Positions 1 to 14,350 of a DNA stretch of 64,000 nucleotides are shown here, piece after piece. This DNA is from Octopus sinensis. Lineage: Eukaryota. Location: assembly GCF_006345805.1 (NCBI RefSeq), contig NC_042999.1, positions 115,940,001 to 116,004,000 on the forward strand, in the 5' to 3' direction. The position numbers and the translations under genes were made by a program. The notes below the pieces were generated by a model that saw nothing but the letters and a program-made list of their open reading frames with translations, searched no databases and had not been told where the DNA came from. Position 1 is the stretch's first letter; the number at the start of each line of letters is the position of its first letter.

Positions 1-302
1 TAATTAAAACAGTAAGACGTTTAAAATTGTTACCTTGAGATTTTTCTTTATAATCTTTATAGTAATACCCATACCTTTTTTTTTACCAGTAAGCTAGAGA
101 TAAACGAGAGAGATATTTATTTGGATATGATAGGGAGGAAGTTAAGAGTAAACAATCAGATAACTTAGAAATATAAAAGTTACGCTTTTTAAGCCTTAGT
201 CTTGAATTGTATTTCGTGAGTGTAATGAAGTAAGTAGATATTAATATAATAACAAAGAAAAAACTTAAGGTAATAATTTTAAACGTCTTATTGTTTTAAT
301 TA
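1..302. mobile_element. MITE-like element with ~50-bp inverted repeats (may be cut by window start)
   Basis: 1-49 TAATTAAAACAGTAAGACGTTTAAAATTGTTACCTT... matches the reverse complement of ~254-302 with a few mismatches; non-coding interior. Confidence 0.55.
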
Positions 303-514
303 TGATCTACAAAAAGACATTATATGATAATAATATGCATTATTTCTTTGATGATATCATGGTCTTCTTAAGAGAATCAGCTCTCTGGAATAATTAATTG
401 AATAAATTAGCAATCCATCATTAGCAGCAAAATCTGCTTCAATCCATCTTATTTTATGACATTTATTGAACTCCGTTTAATGAATTATTATAGTGATCAT
501 TTGCTTATATATAT

Positions 515-548
<34 letters not shown>

Positions 549-742
549 AGGAGTAAATATTCAAGCGAATATTCATATAGATATTTTATTGTTATTACTA
601 TTAACGGCAAATATAAATAACTGATAATAATAACAACAAAAATATAGGTGGTAGCAAGCAATAATAGCATTAAATAGCTGGAGAATAAAATTTATATTAG
701 CTCCTCCTTCTATCAAGTGGGCGTCTCGTGTGCCCTCTATTA

Positions 743-811
<69 letters not shown>

Positions 812-829
812 ACAATTACTGGAATGATT

Positions 830-1460
830 TCATTGTAAATTGCTTCAAATTTATCATGAGCAAAATCAGACCAAAGAACAATGTGACGGCATTTTAACAG
901 AAGATGAATGATATATAAGTAATTAGCAACTAGAACAGCATTGAATACTCCATCACTACACTAGTTTCCACTGTGAATGAGCAAGTCTATAAATTTCTTT
1001 GGGATGTGAAAATTTAAAGACAATTTTTATCATTGTCTTTCAATACATATTCTCCTCTGGCTGTTAGATGTGGCTTGTCTTATAAGACTGTCACCTCTAG
1101 AATCTTCGTGCTTTCATTAAAACTTCTCCATCAAAGCTTCTCTTTTTTCCCAAGATAATTTCCAAATATCTGTGTCATAGGTTTGATACTGATTGATGTC
1201 TGTTCCTCTTTCTTTCATTCTATATACTGTCTTTTCGACTTCAAAGCATACTAGATCAGGTGCGGGATTGTAGTAACTTTTTGAATTTTATTTCTGTCAG
1301 AAGAAATTCTAATTTTATATATCGAGAACATGTCACATTATCAATATATGACATCATTGACAGCTCTGCTCTAACTCATGAAAACCCATTAAGAATTAGC
1401 TTACATTTTCCTCTTCTACTCAACACAAATTCCTTCTCAGCTGTGGGTAGAAATAATCGA
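830..1460 (-). pseudogene. Degraded FLYWCH/MULE (Mutator-like) transposase N-terminal relic
   Basis: Minus-strand translation EFVLSRRGKCKLILNGF (FLYWCH-like start), then PAPD..FEVEKTVYRMKERG; many stops and frameshifts; boundaries approximate. Confidence 0.4.
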
Positions 1461-2253
1461 TATCACGCAGCCATATTGCCTGACTGGTGGTTAACCTGAA
1501 GCTTTTATGTCATCAAAATTATATTAAATAATAATCAAAGATCAGATATGAGTTAACAGAAAATAACTATTCAGCAAAATATATTTACAAAAGCCATTCT
1601 ATGAAAAGTTATTTCGATGAGACGTATCAGTGCGACATGTGTGTGTATGTGTGTGTGTTTGTATGTGTGCGTATTTGTATGTGTGTGCATGTGTGAAAGT
1701 GTACATGTATGAATATCTGGATGGAAGGATCATACGTAAAAAAGAAACAGAAATAAGATAATTTGACAGCGATGACCGTACTCGTGTAATAAATTGATAG
1801 TCACCACCGTGGTGGGTGGATGAATGTTTTGTGTATACATAGCTGTGTTCTGTAAGATATATGTACAGGAATGTCTGCGTGGTTAAGAAGTTCGGTTTAC
1901 AAGTATCTGGTTTTGGAGTTCGATCCCACTACACGGTAACTTGGGTAAGTGTTTTCTTATACAGTCTCGGGCAGACAAATGGCATGTGAGTGAAACTGGT
2001 AATCAGAAACTGATTTGCGCTCACTTCGACACCTGACGTGTGGCACACAATGCACCTATTCAGACAACGTCGATTCGATGGAGAGAGTGAGCTGATGTAC
2101 GGCACGAACATTTGATCACTGTAAACAAATCATTTTTGTAGGTCATTCCCCAAAAACTAAACGCTCATACGTCGTCTTCGACGAGAGAGCCCATCATCAT
2201 ATATATACATATGTATTTACACATACTATAAATGCATTCATATATATATATAC

Positions 2254-2425
<172 letters not shown>

Positions 2426-3398
2426 TATATCAACCAGTATGGCTGAAGTCAAATTTCTGAAACAAATAAAAAAAATATATGAGTAAATATATGTAAAAGC
2501 TCAAGTGTATTGTCCATATATTTCATATATTTGAAATTTCAAGCAGACTCACATATTCAATTCATAGAATTCATCTCTAAAAACAAAACAAAAAACCCCT
2601 AAAAAAACAAACAAACAAAAAATAAAAGACCGTCCGCACGATTGGCAAGCCTACAATCAACGACTATCCATTTCTTCTCTATTTTATTTGCTTCATTCTA
2701 ATGTTTATCTCTGCATCTATAACAGTAACTGTAAATTTGAAGGTACAGCTTTTTTTTCTCTCTCTCTTTAATCTCCATCTAAACCTATTCATTGCACCAG
2801 TCACTCCTTTGCCTAATCCATCGAATGAAGAAATTTTAAATGTATCTTTCTGCAAGATCTTCTCTGCCAGATATTTTCACTTCAACCACTAAACATGAAA
2901 AAATTCAAACTCAACACTAACTGCATTCATCTCACTTAGTTCTCTCAGTACGAGAGTTTCAAAAACAGCTCCTGATTTCTCATCCTATAACTGAAAAATA
3001 AAAAGAAAGAAAAAGACAAAAAAAAAAGAAAGAAACCACTTGATATGTTATTCTTCAAAACATAAACAAACTGTAGTGTAATTTTTCTTCATTTATATAT
3101 TATAAAATAATGTTTAGCCAGTAGTAAATACCTTAAGAAATCATAACTTTTGCTTTGATATTTGTGAAATGTTTATATAACAAACATAATTTGTGACATA
3201 TTGAACTGTATAACATGTTGAAGTCGTGATGAGAGAACCAGTCAGTACATGTGCAATAACTGAAACAAGTAAATGTGAAATTTGGCATATTAAAATCAAA
3301 CAGTGTGGTTAATTACTTTCGAGTTCACAATATTGTACAGCTACTTAGTGAGTGCTTTATTTTTCGTGTTATTTTATATTAGATTTATTTATATCATC

Positions 3399-3462
<64 letters not shown>

Positions 3463-3899
3463 TTTTGCTGTGAAGTAGACTCTTAGATTCTTTCGTCATT
3501 ACTTTAACATGCCTATGCTTCGCTGAAGAGCTCTAATCAAACCGACACATGTCGGAGTTGGCTCGCGTACTTGCAGAAATAAATAAAGCGATATTAGTCA
3601 TTGATCAAATGTTGTCTTTTTCTTTTACCTCCTATTTTCAATAAGAGTTTTTTATGCTAATACACAAAACGTTAGCGCTAACTTAACCATTGCTTTTCAG
3701 GTGGGTGGCGTTTCAAAATAATTATTTTCTGTGATTTATACGCATACATAAGTGTATACATCTATTTATTCATGTATGAATGTATATATAAATGTACAGG
3801 AATATATATATATAAATAAAATATGATAAATGCGAAAACTAATTACTATGTTAGTGTCACACTTAATCCCCCTTTCTCAAAGAATTTTCAAGAAGATTA

Positions 3900-5410
3900 G
3901 AATCAACTTTTCTGGTTTTGAAATCCTCAAATCTGGTTTTAGTTATTTTTTAAAAGCTCATTTAACTCTACAGCAAAACTATTCTAACCTGACTTCCTGT
4001 GAGAAAATCGAAAGCATCATCAGTCCTGAGTTGATTCCCACAACTTTGCGGTTTTGTTTCGAAAACTTTTACAATAGTATACATCTCATGAATCAGCTAA
4101 TTTTGTTCTTGTAATTTTAAATTGATGTCATTAAAATGGTTAGTTATATCTATGAGAATTACAAGGTCACAAATCCAGTTATCATTCAACAACTCAAGGA
4201 CAAATTTACTCTCCATTTTTAAGATGGCGCATACCGATTCTCTGAGGCTATAAATCTGTTGAAGCATATTCATTTTACTTAGCCCAGCAAAGTAATAAAC
4301 CGGATCACTATAACTTCGATTCAAATTATAAAAACTATCTAAAATGTTGATCGTTAAGTGCTCGGAATGTTATAAAATCTAGTGTTGGAATAACGACACG
4401 CATAACATTTCTAAATTTTACAGACCGATAAAAATAAGTACTAGGTTTACAAAGAATATATCCTGAGGTCGAGTTCTTCGACTAAAGGCGGCGCTCCAGC
4501 ATGGCCGCACTCAAATGATTGAAACAAATAAAAGAAAAAAAAATATAAAAGAAATGACCTTAGAAATTAAATTTTCTTGATGAATTAATTATGCAAAGAA
4601 TTGTGGGAAAATCGGTGTTTGATAAATTCAAAGAAGTTCATTCGTGTTTTAATTTTGATATAAAGCCTATCTTAGGCCCAACCATATATGTGGTCTCATC
4701 TATTGTTACACTGACGAGTCTTTGAAGCAGGAGATTAACTTCATTGTTGCTTTCTCTTCTTCATAAATTTTATATCCTGTAACGGTGTCTTTCATTGTCT
4801 GAACAGTATGTGATTATTGAGCGATTATCAATACTACGTATGAAAATTACCAGTTGGACCGAATCGGATATATGCTTTTGTCGATAGCCGATAGAAAATA
4901 ATAACATACTCTTACTTTTTTCTGACAGCGTACTCTCGATACTGCTGCAATTTCTTCAATCCGTTATGTTATCATTCTGGAAACAAGTTAATCTTGTCAA
5001 ACATATTTAACTTCCCCGGGAATAAAAGTTCAGCCACTGCTAAAAGACATTCCTTTACAAATTCACCGTCGGCATTATCTTTTTTATGTTTAGCAACTTT
5101 TTCGTCAACAATGTAACTTGCTTATATAATTCCGTCTAGCTCCATCTGCCTTTTAGAAAATAACGTATTTAAGCAGCGGATCTACTCCTTGAGAGCTTTT
5201 TGCTTATTAATATCTCCTTCATATTTATCGTACAGCTTAATGTTTTGCAGTCAAATGTGGTTTGACTTGAAATTGTTTAAAAGCGAAAGAAGATTCGTAA
5301 CATCTTGAACACATCGACTCAGTTTTTATTTTGTCAAAGAAGTGATCATTTGTTCACTTTTCCTTGAATTTTCTTGTTTCAGAAATTTTCTTTTCTTTGT
5401 ATGAAATCAT
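3900..5410 (-). mobile_element. Degraded hAT (SPIN/GTF2IRD2-like) transposase relic, interrupted by a SINE fragment at ~4420-4540
   Basis: Minus-strand fragments RKFKEK..HFF, KHKKDNADGEFVKECLL, QLVIFIR, IHQEN, WICDLVILIDITNHFNDINLKLQ. Confidence 0.7.
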
Positions 5411-5989
5411 GAGTTATGATATCAAAAATTTGAATTTAAAATAAAGAATAATTATTGATTTAATACTCAGTTCACTTCCACTGTTTATAACTGTTTGCTG
5501 CGATAATTCAGCGACTGTACAATACATGTATATTGCGCAGTGTAGCTTTGCACACACTTTGAAAGTAAAGTTTTGTCAGTCCTGTCTGATAACGATACAC
5601 CCCGGTTGTTACAGGCGCTGAGTTATTGCAGCAAGTCGTTATAAGCGATGAAACACAATTTGAACATTAAAACAATAATTTTCATTCACTGATGGAGTGT
5701 CCTGTATAGAGAGACCAGTTTAAGGCTCTTGAATGAATGGACGGTTGCAAATTGACTCTAAGGCACGTTGAAAATTACAGAGATGACAAATATTTTAATT
5801 TTTCTAACAGATGCACACACAACGCAACAAGCATTAATAAGTAAGGGAGGTTAGTTTGAAGTTTAAAAACTATTCCTCCTTTGATACCAGCTTCCCCAAA
5901 ACGTTTTGAGTGAAAGTGTAAGTGTACAAGTGAGAACGAAATAAACTACATTGTAAGAAATTCTATTTTCCTCATGAAATTAGGTGTAC

Positions 5990-6200
5990 TGTTTAGAAAG
6001 TCAGATACCGCAGTTTGCTCCTGACTGATCTTCACATTAACTTATATTGCTTTTCACAAAAGCTTGGTGATTTAAGCAAAGAGCAATGACAAAAATTTCA
6101 TCAGAATATGCAAGCAATGGAAGTGAAGTAGCAGAAAAGGTGAATACACACAGGATGAGAGAGGACCCTCGGAACTTTTAGTGGGACTGCTCTGCTGAAT
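5990..6200 (+). pseudogene. Short DNA-transposase relic (Chapaev3-like C-terminus)
   Basis: LGDLSKEQ*QKFHQNMQAMEVK resembles the LGxxSxExGERFHQDxxxMExRY motif; family assignment from memory. Confidence 0.35.
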
Positions 6201-6260
6201 CTCATTCAAGGAAATTATAGAAAAATGCTTCATGTACGTTGATTGGATCGTAAGTTTAAA

Positions 6261-6671
6261 TAAGAGGTGGTATCAAAACGGTCCCCGTCTAGTTCTGTAG
6301 CAAGCCAACAGATGGCAGTACACAGCTGCATGCGCAGTGGGAGCTGGCCGTGACCTTCCTGAGGTAGTGTGCCGAATGGCATAGTTATGTTTATTTCGCA
6401 TGTAGTGAGATTTGTATTTTTGTTACCACGTGTACGCTGTAGTGTGCGATTTTTGTCATGGACAGGAAGTTGAAACAAAGAGCTAACGTGAAATTTTGCG
6501 TTGAACTTGGGAAGTCTTCTACAGAGACATTGAGCCTGCTTCGGACAGCTTACGGCGGCGAGACAATGGATCTTACGCAATATTTATTGTGGCACAGTGC
6601 TTCAAAAGCGAAAGAACGTCTTTGGAAGACGATGAGCAATCTGGAAGACCTGCCACGAGTGTTAACCCCGG

Positions 6672-6672
<1 letters not shown>
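6261..6672 (+). mobile_element. 5' part of a mariner transposon (TIR + HTH region), truncated at (TA)n
   Basis: ORF 6458: QRANVKFCVELGKSSTETLSLLRTAYG, frameshifted to FKSERTSLEDDEQSGRP; TIR-like TAAGAGGTGGTATCAAAA at 6261. Confidence 0.8.
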
Positions 6673-6704
<32 letters not shown>

Positions 6705-6707
<3 letters not shown>

Positions 6708-6866
6708 CGGGCTTCTTTCAGTTTCCGTCTACCAAATCCATTCACAAGAATTTGATCGGTCCGAGGCCATGGTAAAAGACACTTGCCCAAGATGCCACGC
6801 AGTGGGACTGAACCGGAACTATGTGTTTGGTAAGCAAGCCACTTACCATATAGCCACTCCTGCACC
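6705..6866 (-). mobile_element. tRNA-derived SINE family A, 5' half
   Basis: Reverse complement of the head of the 8455 copy. Confidence 0.8.
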
Positions 6867-7015
6867 TATGTATGAAATTAAGGAGTGTAAAAAAAACATG
6901 TGGAAGTTGAAAGGACTTTACATAAAATAAATGCTAAATCAACGTTTAGAGGACAAGGCAACGGAAAGAAAAAAGAGTAGGGATAAAAAGTCAGAAGAAT
7001 CTGTATTTCTAAGTA

Positions 7016-7485
7016 GAGTAATCCCTCGACATATTGCGGTTCAGCTATTGAGCACTCAGTACATTGCGGATTTTTCTGGCTAATATATGTAAATTTATAT
7101 CGCGTGTTTCTGCGGCCGAACGGCATTTATATTTCTTTAGATCTTAATTATTTCTGTGGTAAAATAAGCATTTTCACGCCTAAAAATTGATAGATTAATA
7201 AATAGAAATAGAGTATAGTACTGCACTATATAACACATTAATATAATAAAAGAAAGTACGTAGTGTACCGTAGATAAGTAAACAAAGAATCGCACATACT
7301 GTATGGAAAACAAAACTCGGGCGGTGAGTGTGTAGCATTGTTTTGCATTTATAATAAAATAAATATATATAAATTATAAAAATGATAAAAATTATATACA
7401 ATACAGTACTGTTTCTACTTCGTGAATTTTTACCTATCACGGGAGGTTTTGGAACGTAGCAGCCGAGATAGTCGAGAGATTACTG
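7016..7485. mobile_element. Tigger/pogo-type MITE, copy 1
   Basis: Ends (G/C)AGTAATCCCTCG...CGAGAGATTACTG flanked by TA; homologous in opposite orientation to 36318-36804. Confidence 0.75.
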
Positions 7486-7599
7486 TATACAGATATAACT
7501 ACCTAAATTAACGTTTATTACCCGTGTAAGCGAGAAGAATTAAATAGGCTATGTAACAGGGAGTGGTGCTTCTAAGAAGCATCCTTTTGACATAATAAT

Positions 7600-8175
7600 G
7601 AGTCCTAATTTAAGCACGAAGCCAGCAGTTTTGAAGAGAATGGATTAATCGATTCAATTAATCGAGGTCAATATACTGATCTCGAAGGGATGAAATGCGC
7701 AGTTGACCTCGGCAGAATTTGGAGCTCAAAGTGCAAAGAATCGAGGTAAATGTCGCAAGGTATTTTGCTGATCCTGTAGCTATTCTACCAGTTCACCAGC
7801 TTTACTTTTTATATGATAATTATTTCAAATTTTGACACACAAATAGCAATTTTAGCAGGTTGGGAGTTTGCTGATTACATCGGCCCAAGTACTTGATTAA
7901 TACTTCAATTTATCGACCCCGAAAGGATGAAAGGCAAATTTGACATCGACGACATTTAAACACAGAACTTAAAACTCAGAGGAAATACTGCTAAACATAT
8001 CTTTTTGACACGCTGAAGATTCTGCTAGCTCACTGCCTTTGATTTCAAGTTTTTCACGAAATCGGAACTTATTTCGACTGGAACTTATTTTATCAATCCC
8101 AAAAGATGGAATACAAAGTCAAACTCAGAACGTTAAATCAAGAAAAATACTGCCGAGCATTTTGCCCTGTGTGCT
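7600..8175 (-). mobile_element. Head-to-tail cluster (~3 copies) of SINE family B
   Basis: Repeated GAAAGGATGAAAGGCAAA-GTCGACCTCGGC-GAATTTGAACTC module. Confidence 0.7.
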
Positions 8176-8454
8176 TTATACCCTTGGTAAGATAATAAAG
8201 TAGTCTTCTGTCTGTTTTGTTCAATCGGTGCAGAAACATCTAGCACTTATATATTGAATTATAGTATAACTGGATGAGAGTTTCACAAACTTTTGTGTCA
8301 TTAACGTAATCATCATGCTAAGTGATCGGGATAAAGTATGTGGTTAAGCTAACTTTTTCAATTACAAATACAATTTATCTTAGGAGCTTCGATATAGTTT
8401 TACTTGCTGAGTTTCACTAACAAGATATTTTTTTCTAAAATGTTACACAATATA

Positions 8455-8865
8455 GGCGCAGGAGTAGCTGTGTGGTAAGTAGCTTGCTAACCAACCATAT
8501 GGTTCCGGGGACAGTCCCACTGCGTGGCACCTTGGGCAAGTGCCTTCTGCTATAGCCTCGGGCCGACCAAAGCCTTGTGAGTGGATTTGGTAGACGGAAA
8601 CTGAAAGAAGCCTGTCGTATATATGTATATATATGTATATATGTGTGTGTATGTGTTTGTGTGTCCGTGTTTGACCCTCTAGCATTGCTTGACAACCGAT
8701 GCTGGTGTGTTTACGTCCCCGTTACTTAGCGGTTCGGCATAAGAGACCGATAGAATAAGTACTGGGCTTACAAAGAATAAGTCCCGGGGTCGATTTGCTC
8801 GACTAAAGGTGGTGCTCCAGCATGGCCGCAGTCAAATGACTGAAACAAGTAAAAGAGTAAAGAGT
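8455..8865 (+). mobile_element. Full-length tRNA-derived SINE family A
   Basis: A-box-like TAGCTGTGTGG and B-box-like region, CCTTGGGCAAGT core, internal (TA/TG)n, AAGAGTA-repeat tail; many homologues in window. Confidence 0.85.
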
Positions 8866-9559
8866 AAGAGTAATATGATCACACTTTGAATCTCAATCAT
8901 TCAAGCATGCCTTCTCCATCTAATATATTCATAAACATATACATACATATATGCAAGCATGCATGCATATAGATATACATATATATTGCATACATAATAA
9001 TACATACATGCATATGTGTGTGTGAATGTGTGTGTACAAATGCATGTGTGTGTATAGCGACAAATGAGTAGTAACTGGATTTTTATTTCCTACAGTAGAA
9101 TTTCAATCTTCTTGGAGACTCCAATTCAAGGGCATAGATAGCAACGAGCTTCTGTTGAATGATGCATTGGAAGAACTTAGATTTTCTAATTTTCAGGACC
9201 ATAATATATTTCTGAAAGACACTTGTGTGTAAAAAAAAAACATGGAGCTCGCTTAAAATGCAGGAGGTGGATAGTTGGGCACATTGATTCGATTTTATTT
9301 GACCTCCTCAGTGATGAACTTCCTCAGGACATTTTGAGCTAAGCTGTAAAATATTTTCTCTGGCATAGAAACTGAAATCAGTAAACAAAATATTCACTAA
9401 TTTACATGAGAGCTGCCCGGCTAGAATTAAATCAATACATCTACTAGAAACAGCATTAGATTAAGATAACGATGCGAATAGCATAATGTATATGTATAAG
9501 TAGAGCAGCGCTATTATATTGGCATAGAAAAAATTCTCAAAGTGTTGTGGGTGTATGGT

Positions 9560-9755
9560 AAGAAGTTTGCTTCTCAACCATATAGTTCCAGGTTCAGTCT
9601 CACTGCATGGCATCTTAGGCAAGTAACTTGTACTATAGCCACAGGCCAACCGAAGCCTTATGTGAGAATTTGGTAGATGGGAGCTGAAAGAAGCTCGTCG
9701 TATATATATATATGTAAACACATGTGCACACACACATCTGCATATATATATATAG

Positions 9756-9795
<40 letters not shown>

Positions 9796-10005
9796 ATTTG
9801 AGTTTGTCTCCCTTCACCGCTTGAAAACCGGGTGTTGGTTTCTTTACCTCTCCGTAACTTAGCGGTTCGGCAAAAAGAGTTCGATTGATTAAGTAGCAAG
9901 CTTTTTAAAAAAATAGTGATGTCGATTTGTTCGATCAAACCCTTCAAAGAAGTGCCCCAGCATGGTCGCAGTCTGATAACTGAAACAATTAAAAGAATAA
10001 AAGGA
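9560..10005 (+). mobile_element. SINE family A copy
   Basis: Colinear homology with 8455-8865. Confidence 0.8.
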
Positions 10006-11469
10006 TAGAATGACAAAAAGAAAGAATATTATTATTATTATTCTGATATATGTCAATGCATAATTTATAAACACACACAAACACACACACGTTCACATAG
10101 AATCTATCAATATGAGTGGGAGGCCGACCACCGAAACGTAAATGTTAAGCTAGATTTGTCGATGTGATTAGACGAATGACGTATTTTTTTATCACCAACG
10201 TATATTTTCCAAAATTCTCTTTTGTGTAACACGTATACATTTTATTTTGTTATGTGCCAATGCTGTACATAATCATTAGCCTCTTATTTTTCTCTTTGTG
10301 TTTGCGCTTTCTTTTCATTTTCTGATTGTAAATTTTGTTTCAAATTTTAGCTAGCAGCATCACGCTTTCTTCAGTAGTCTTGTTTAGAGAGATGAAATAG
10401 TAATTTGTAATAGTATAAGAGATAAAAATAAATTTAACGCAAAACAAAGAACAGTTTATCTTCAAGCATTGTTCTTTTGTTGTAATACAAGTAATGTTGA
10501 CAATATATCATTTTAGTTTCTTTCTGTTTTATTTTTTCCCCGTTGTTTCTTACTGAGTTACTAGGATGCTTGATTTGACAGAGTCTCAACAAGAGTCTCA
10601 TGCAATTTACAAATGTAAATTAAATTGCATAATGTTGTCTATTGAGAAATTTAGTACATTACTTGCTGTGTCGACAATCTCTATGGTTATGAATTATGCA
10701 TGAAGTGTAGATGAGAAGTTGAATCAATGTTAGAGTGTCGGACAAAATTTATGTGGGTGCTTCGTTACAGAACTTTATCTTCTCAGTTCAAATCCTGCGC
10801 AAGTCATCTTTACCTTTCCACTCTGTGCTTGTTAAAATGGATATGAGTAATCTGCGGTGAGTGGACTCCTTCAAAAAAAAATTCCTTTCCCCTATACATA
10901 CCTGAATATATATGTAAGAATTAAAGTTGGAATAGGTAGTTTTGATACGGGGCCAAAATATTTTGAAGTGTATAGCTTTGTTTCCTTACGGTCAAAGTTG
11001 AAGTTTGTACCACAGGATATGAATTTGCCTCTCTGTAGGTTCGATAATTTAAGTACCATCGAGTGCTGGTGTCAGTATAGTCGCTTGGGCCCTCTCCATA
11101 AATGTATGGCTTTGTACAAATGGTGGAGAGTGTTAGTTATGTATAAAGTGAGAGAGTGTCACAGTGGGATAAGGCATGTCACAGTTTGATTTCGAATTGC
11201 TGATACAATTCATCAGACTGGCTTCTATACAGTCTCCGTCTACATAATTTCATTACAAGGTATGGGTCAGTTCGAGGTATTAGAAAATGACACTTGCCCA
11301 AGACGCATTGCGGCGACATCGAACCAAGAATCTAGAGGTGGTGATGTGAACTTCTTAAATACTAGGCCGTACTTCGTATATGTACACACACACACACACA
11401 CACACGCACACACACACACATACACACACATTTGTAAGAAGTGAAGAGTTCAAATGCACAAAGAAATTT

Positions 11470-12480
11470 TAGAATTAATTAGAATTTAATTAGATTTCAA
11501 AATATAAGAATACACTTGACTGGTTTCACATGAACTATGTCTTATCTAGCCGTTGTTATAGAATTTTTTTTTTTTTTTTTTGAAAGAGTATGACTCAAAA
11601 TGCTATCTGTTAATGTACAAATTGGTTGGTGGACGTTCATCTGTAAAGCTCATGTGACAGCCGCATAAGAAAATCACATAAAAGTTTTTCTCCTTGAATA
11701 TGTCGTATGACAGTTAGAAAAGTGAGATATGAACAAATGATATTTATTACTGTTTTCTCTCTCGTTTTATGTCAAGAATGATAAAGATTGAAACTTAACT
11801 TTGATCAAAAAATATGTAACTGTTTAAATAAAAGTATTATAGATAATTATTCTTTATCATTCTGTAGAACAATAATGCTATCAATTAGTGCTAGTTCACT
11901 CCCACTGAACATGTTAAAATATATCCCTTCTTTGTTAACAAGGTGCAGGATAAGATAACGTGGTATCGAATAACTAAGATATATGATGGCTGCTACATGA
12001 ATTATGGCTTTCTTAAGAGCGAGCGGAAGTAGACACGTAATATATTTATACAATAATTAATTTATAGGAAAAGCGAATCGTGTATTTCTGATGTTTTATC
12101 GCCTTTTCAGCTGTGATTTGTGTTTTTTAATAAACAATTTTTTCTTATTTGTTCTTGTTTGGTCTGTGGTATTGTATGCACATTGATAGAGGGTAAAGAC
12201 AAAAAAATTGGGAGATTTGGTTTCGTACATGTGTCCAGATTTTCGCTAAGTGGCATTTGTTTAGTCCTGGGATTTGGATTTGTTGACGATGAATTGTTAA
12301 TCTAATTTTAAAAGTGAGTTTAGTTTGTCCAGTGCAATCTTCCTTGCATCTGTTGCATTTGATTACATATATAAAATTTTTTTTTTGAAGAACGAGATGA
12401 TTTTTCATAGTAAAAATTTGTTTCGATTTAAATATATAAGTTGTATCCTCAATAAGGCTGTCTGCTCCATTCTCGAATTA
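11470..12480 (-). mobile_element. 3' relic of a Penelope-like element (GIY-YIG endonuclease + 3' end)
   Basis: ORF 12145-12408: KNFIYVIKCNRCKEDCTGQTKLTFKIRLTIHRQQI; degenerate hammerhead 3' half GAAACCAGTC near 11518-11530. Confidence 0.7.
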
Positions 12481-12499
12481 TTTTATTTCGGATATACTT

Positions 12500-12850
12500 T
12501 CACAATGATATTCCCCGCGTGGATCTTTCCATGCTCCCCTGCATCGTAGCCAATCGATGTTCTTCCCTCTTTGCAATAGCCCACGTCCCACTTGCGTATA
12601 AGAGCGCAAGTAAGACGGTGCTATTGAAGTGTCTGACGTGTAAGGTTTTGTCGAGCTTTGCATTGAGTACATCCTTTATTGAGGCAAAGGCCTACCATCC
12701 TGACCTTGTTCTTTTCGAAATTTTGGCATCCATTTTACAGAAGATATTCACTGTGTGCCCTAAGTAGACGTACTCCTTCACCACCACGATTTCATTATTT
12801 TCCATATCTATTTTGCTATCTACCACGCTTTTGGGCCACATATATTTTGT
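12500..12850 (-). mobile_element. RTE-clade LINE RT C-terminal fragment
   Basis: Minus translation EYVYLG...RTRSGW*AFASIKDVL...HFNSTVLLALLYASGTW...MERSTRGISL. Confidence 0.65.
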
Positions 12851-13749
12851 TTACATATGATTCATCTTAAGGCCTGCTGCAGAGGAGAGCTTTGGAGAGA
12901 TGGTATTTCCTCATTTGACGTTCTCAACTGGAAGCCATACTGGTGGTCAGAAAGAACGAGAGAGAGAGAAAGAAAGAAAGAGAGAGAAAGAAAAGGGAGA
13001 AAGAGAAAGAGGGAGAGAGACAGAGACAGTGAGATTGAGACATAGACTGAGAATGATGAAGTTAGACGAGATAGTTGATACTAAAGTCGAGTGTCTTTAT
13101 CAAAATTCCATTGTAACTTTCAATAACGGCTATAAAACATGATAAGGAGGTGTCGCATAACTAGCTCCTACTTATCTGTAACTACAAAAATTCTCTTAAA
13201 TCAGGAGTAATGAAAGTTAAACCTCTTTACAATAATCAATAATCTCGTAAGTCAAAAGAAAAACAAAAAAAAGACATTATGTAAATTTAACCTTCTACTT
13301 TCCCCTAATATTTGCCTTCAATAAATAACGGAAAATACACATACACAGATACTTATCTAGTTTTTCCAAAAAGATGGGTATTTCCAAAGCAGTGGAATAT
13401 TTTGAACTTCTTTTCAAGTTATAGTGATACCATGTGCTGCTTAATACGAGACATTGTTTACGTTTTGTATATTCGTAAGGGCTTTTATTTTTTTCTGTTT
13501 TTCCCTTCTATATATTCCTGATGGTTTTTCTTTAAATTTGTCTTATTACGTTTTCACTCAAAACTTATTCAGATGATGATTTTTTTCCCGAGCGAAAATC
13601 GAAGTTATATTAGAAAATTCGTAAAATCCACGTGTTGTTATTTGCAATGTATATAATTCCTACATTCGCAAAAGATTCTTCATGCTTAATATATTTCACT
13701 TTATATTTCCTCAAGTGTATACTTTGTCATTCAGGAAAACATTCAAGGC

Positions 13750-14350
13750 TTTCTTGGGTTTTATTTATAATAGACTTCGCAGCTTTTCAGAAAATTTTTG
13801 GCCATTTTCTAAGAGCTTAGAAAAACACGTGTTGATCAGAGGCGAGTGTACAGGTGTTAGCTATTCAAAGAAATGACAACTAAATAGGGAAGCAAATTTG
13901 TGTTTAGAAGCGAGAAGGTACTGCAAATTAAAGTGGATGGAGTTTGAAAGAGATACCATTCATAATGTTAATTGGAGTAGACAGGCTAGGACCATTAGTA
14001 AAAAAACTCGCACAAAGATCCTAACACTTTTGAAGATCTAAAGTGTTCAATAAAGTCACTTAAAATCTGAAGCAATGTAATATACAGGGATGTGTCCTGG
14101 AACAAAGAAATTTACTGAGATTATTCTTGAAAAGAGGAAACTATCAGTAATAGGATTTTCTTCCTTTCTAGTGCAGATTGGAAGCTCTTCTAGTGATAAT
14201 AAGAGTACTTTAAAGATTTCTGGGGGCTCAAACCAGAATTATTCGGTTCAAAACCGCTGAGTAATCCTCTAGGAATAATCTTGTGATAGACATGATGTTA
14301 TATGTCAAAGTACGAGGGAGAGAAGAAATAAAGTTATGCTCAAGGGACTT
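13750..14350 (+). pseudogene. Possible degraded DIRS/Ngaro-type tyrosine recombinase
   Basis: Fragments IIDFAAF, SYSKK*QLNRE (cf. SKTDQxREG), GLKPELFGSKPL (cf. FGxHSLR) in the expected order; heavily decayed. Confidence 0.3.

Noticed and set aside
2660-2995. Minus-strand exon after a strong polypyrimidine-AG
   Set aside because: All frames hit stops quickly; no recognisable product
3515-3590. Hammerhead at CTGAAGA...
   Set aside because: No properly placed GAAA/stem III/stem I; degenerate at best
8455-8530. tRNA gene
   Set aside because: tRNA-like SINE head; no complete cloverleaf
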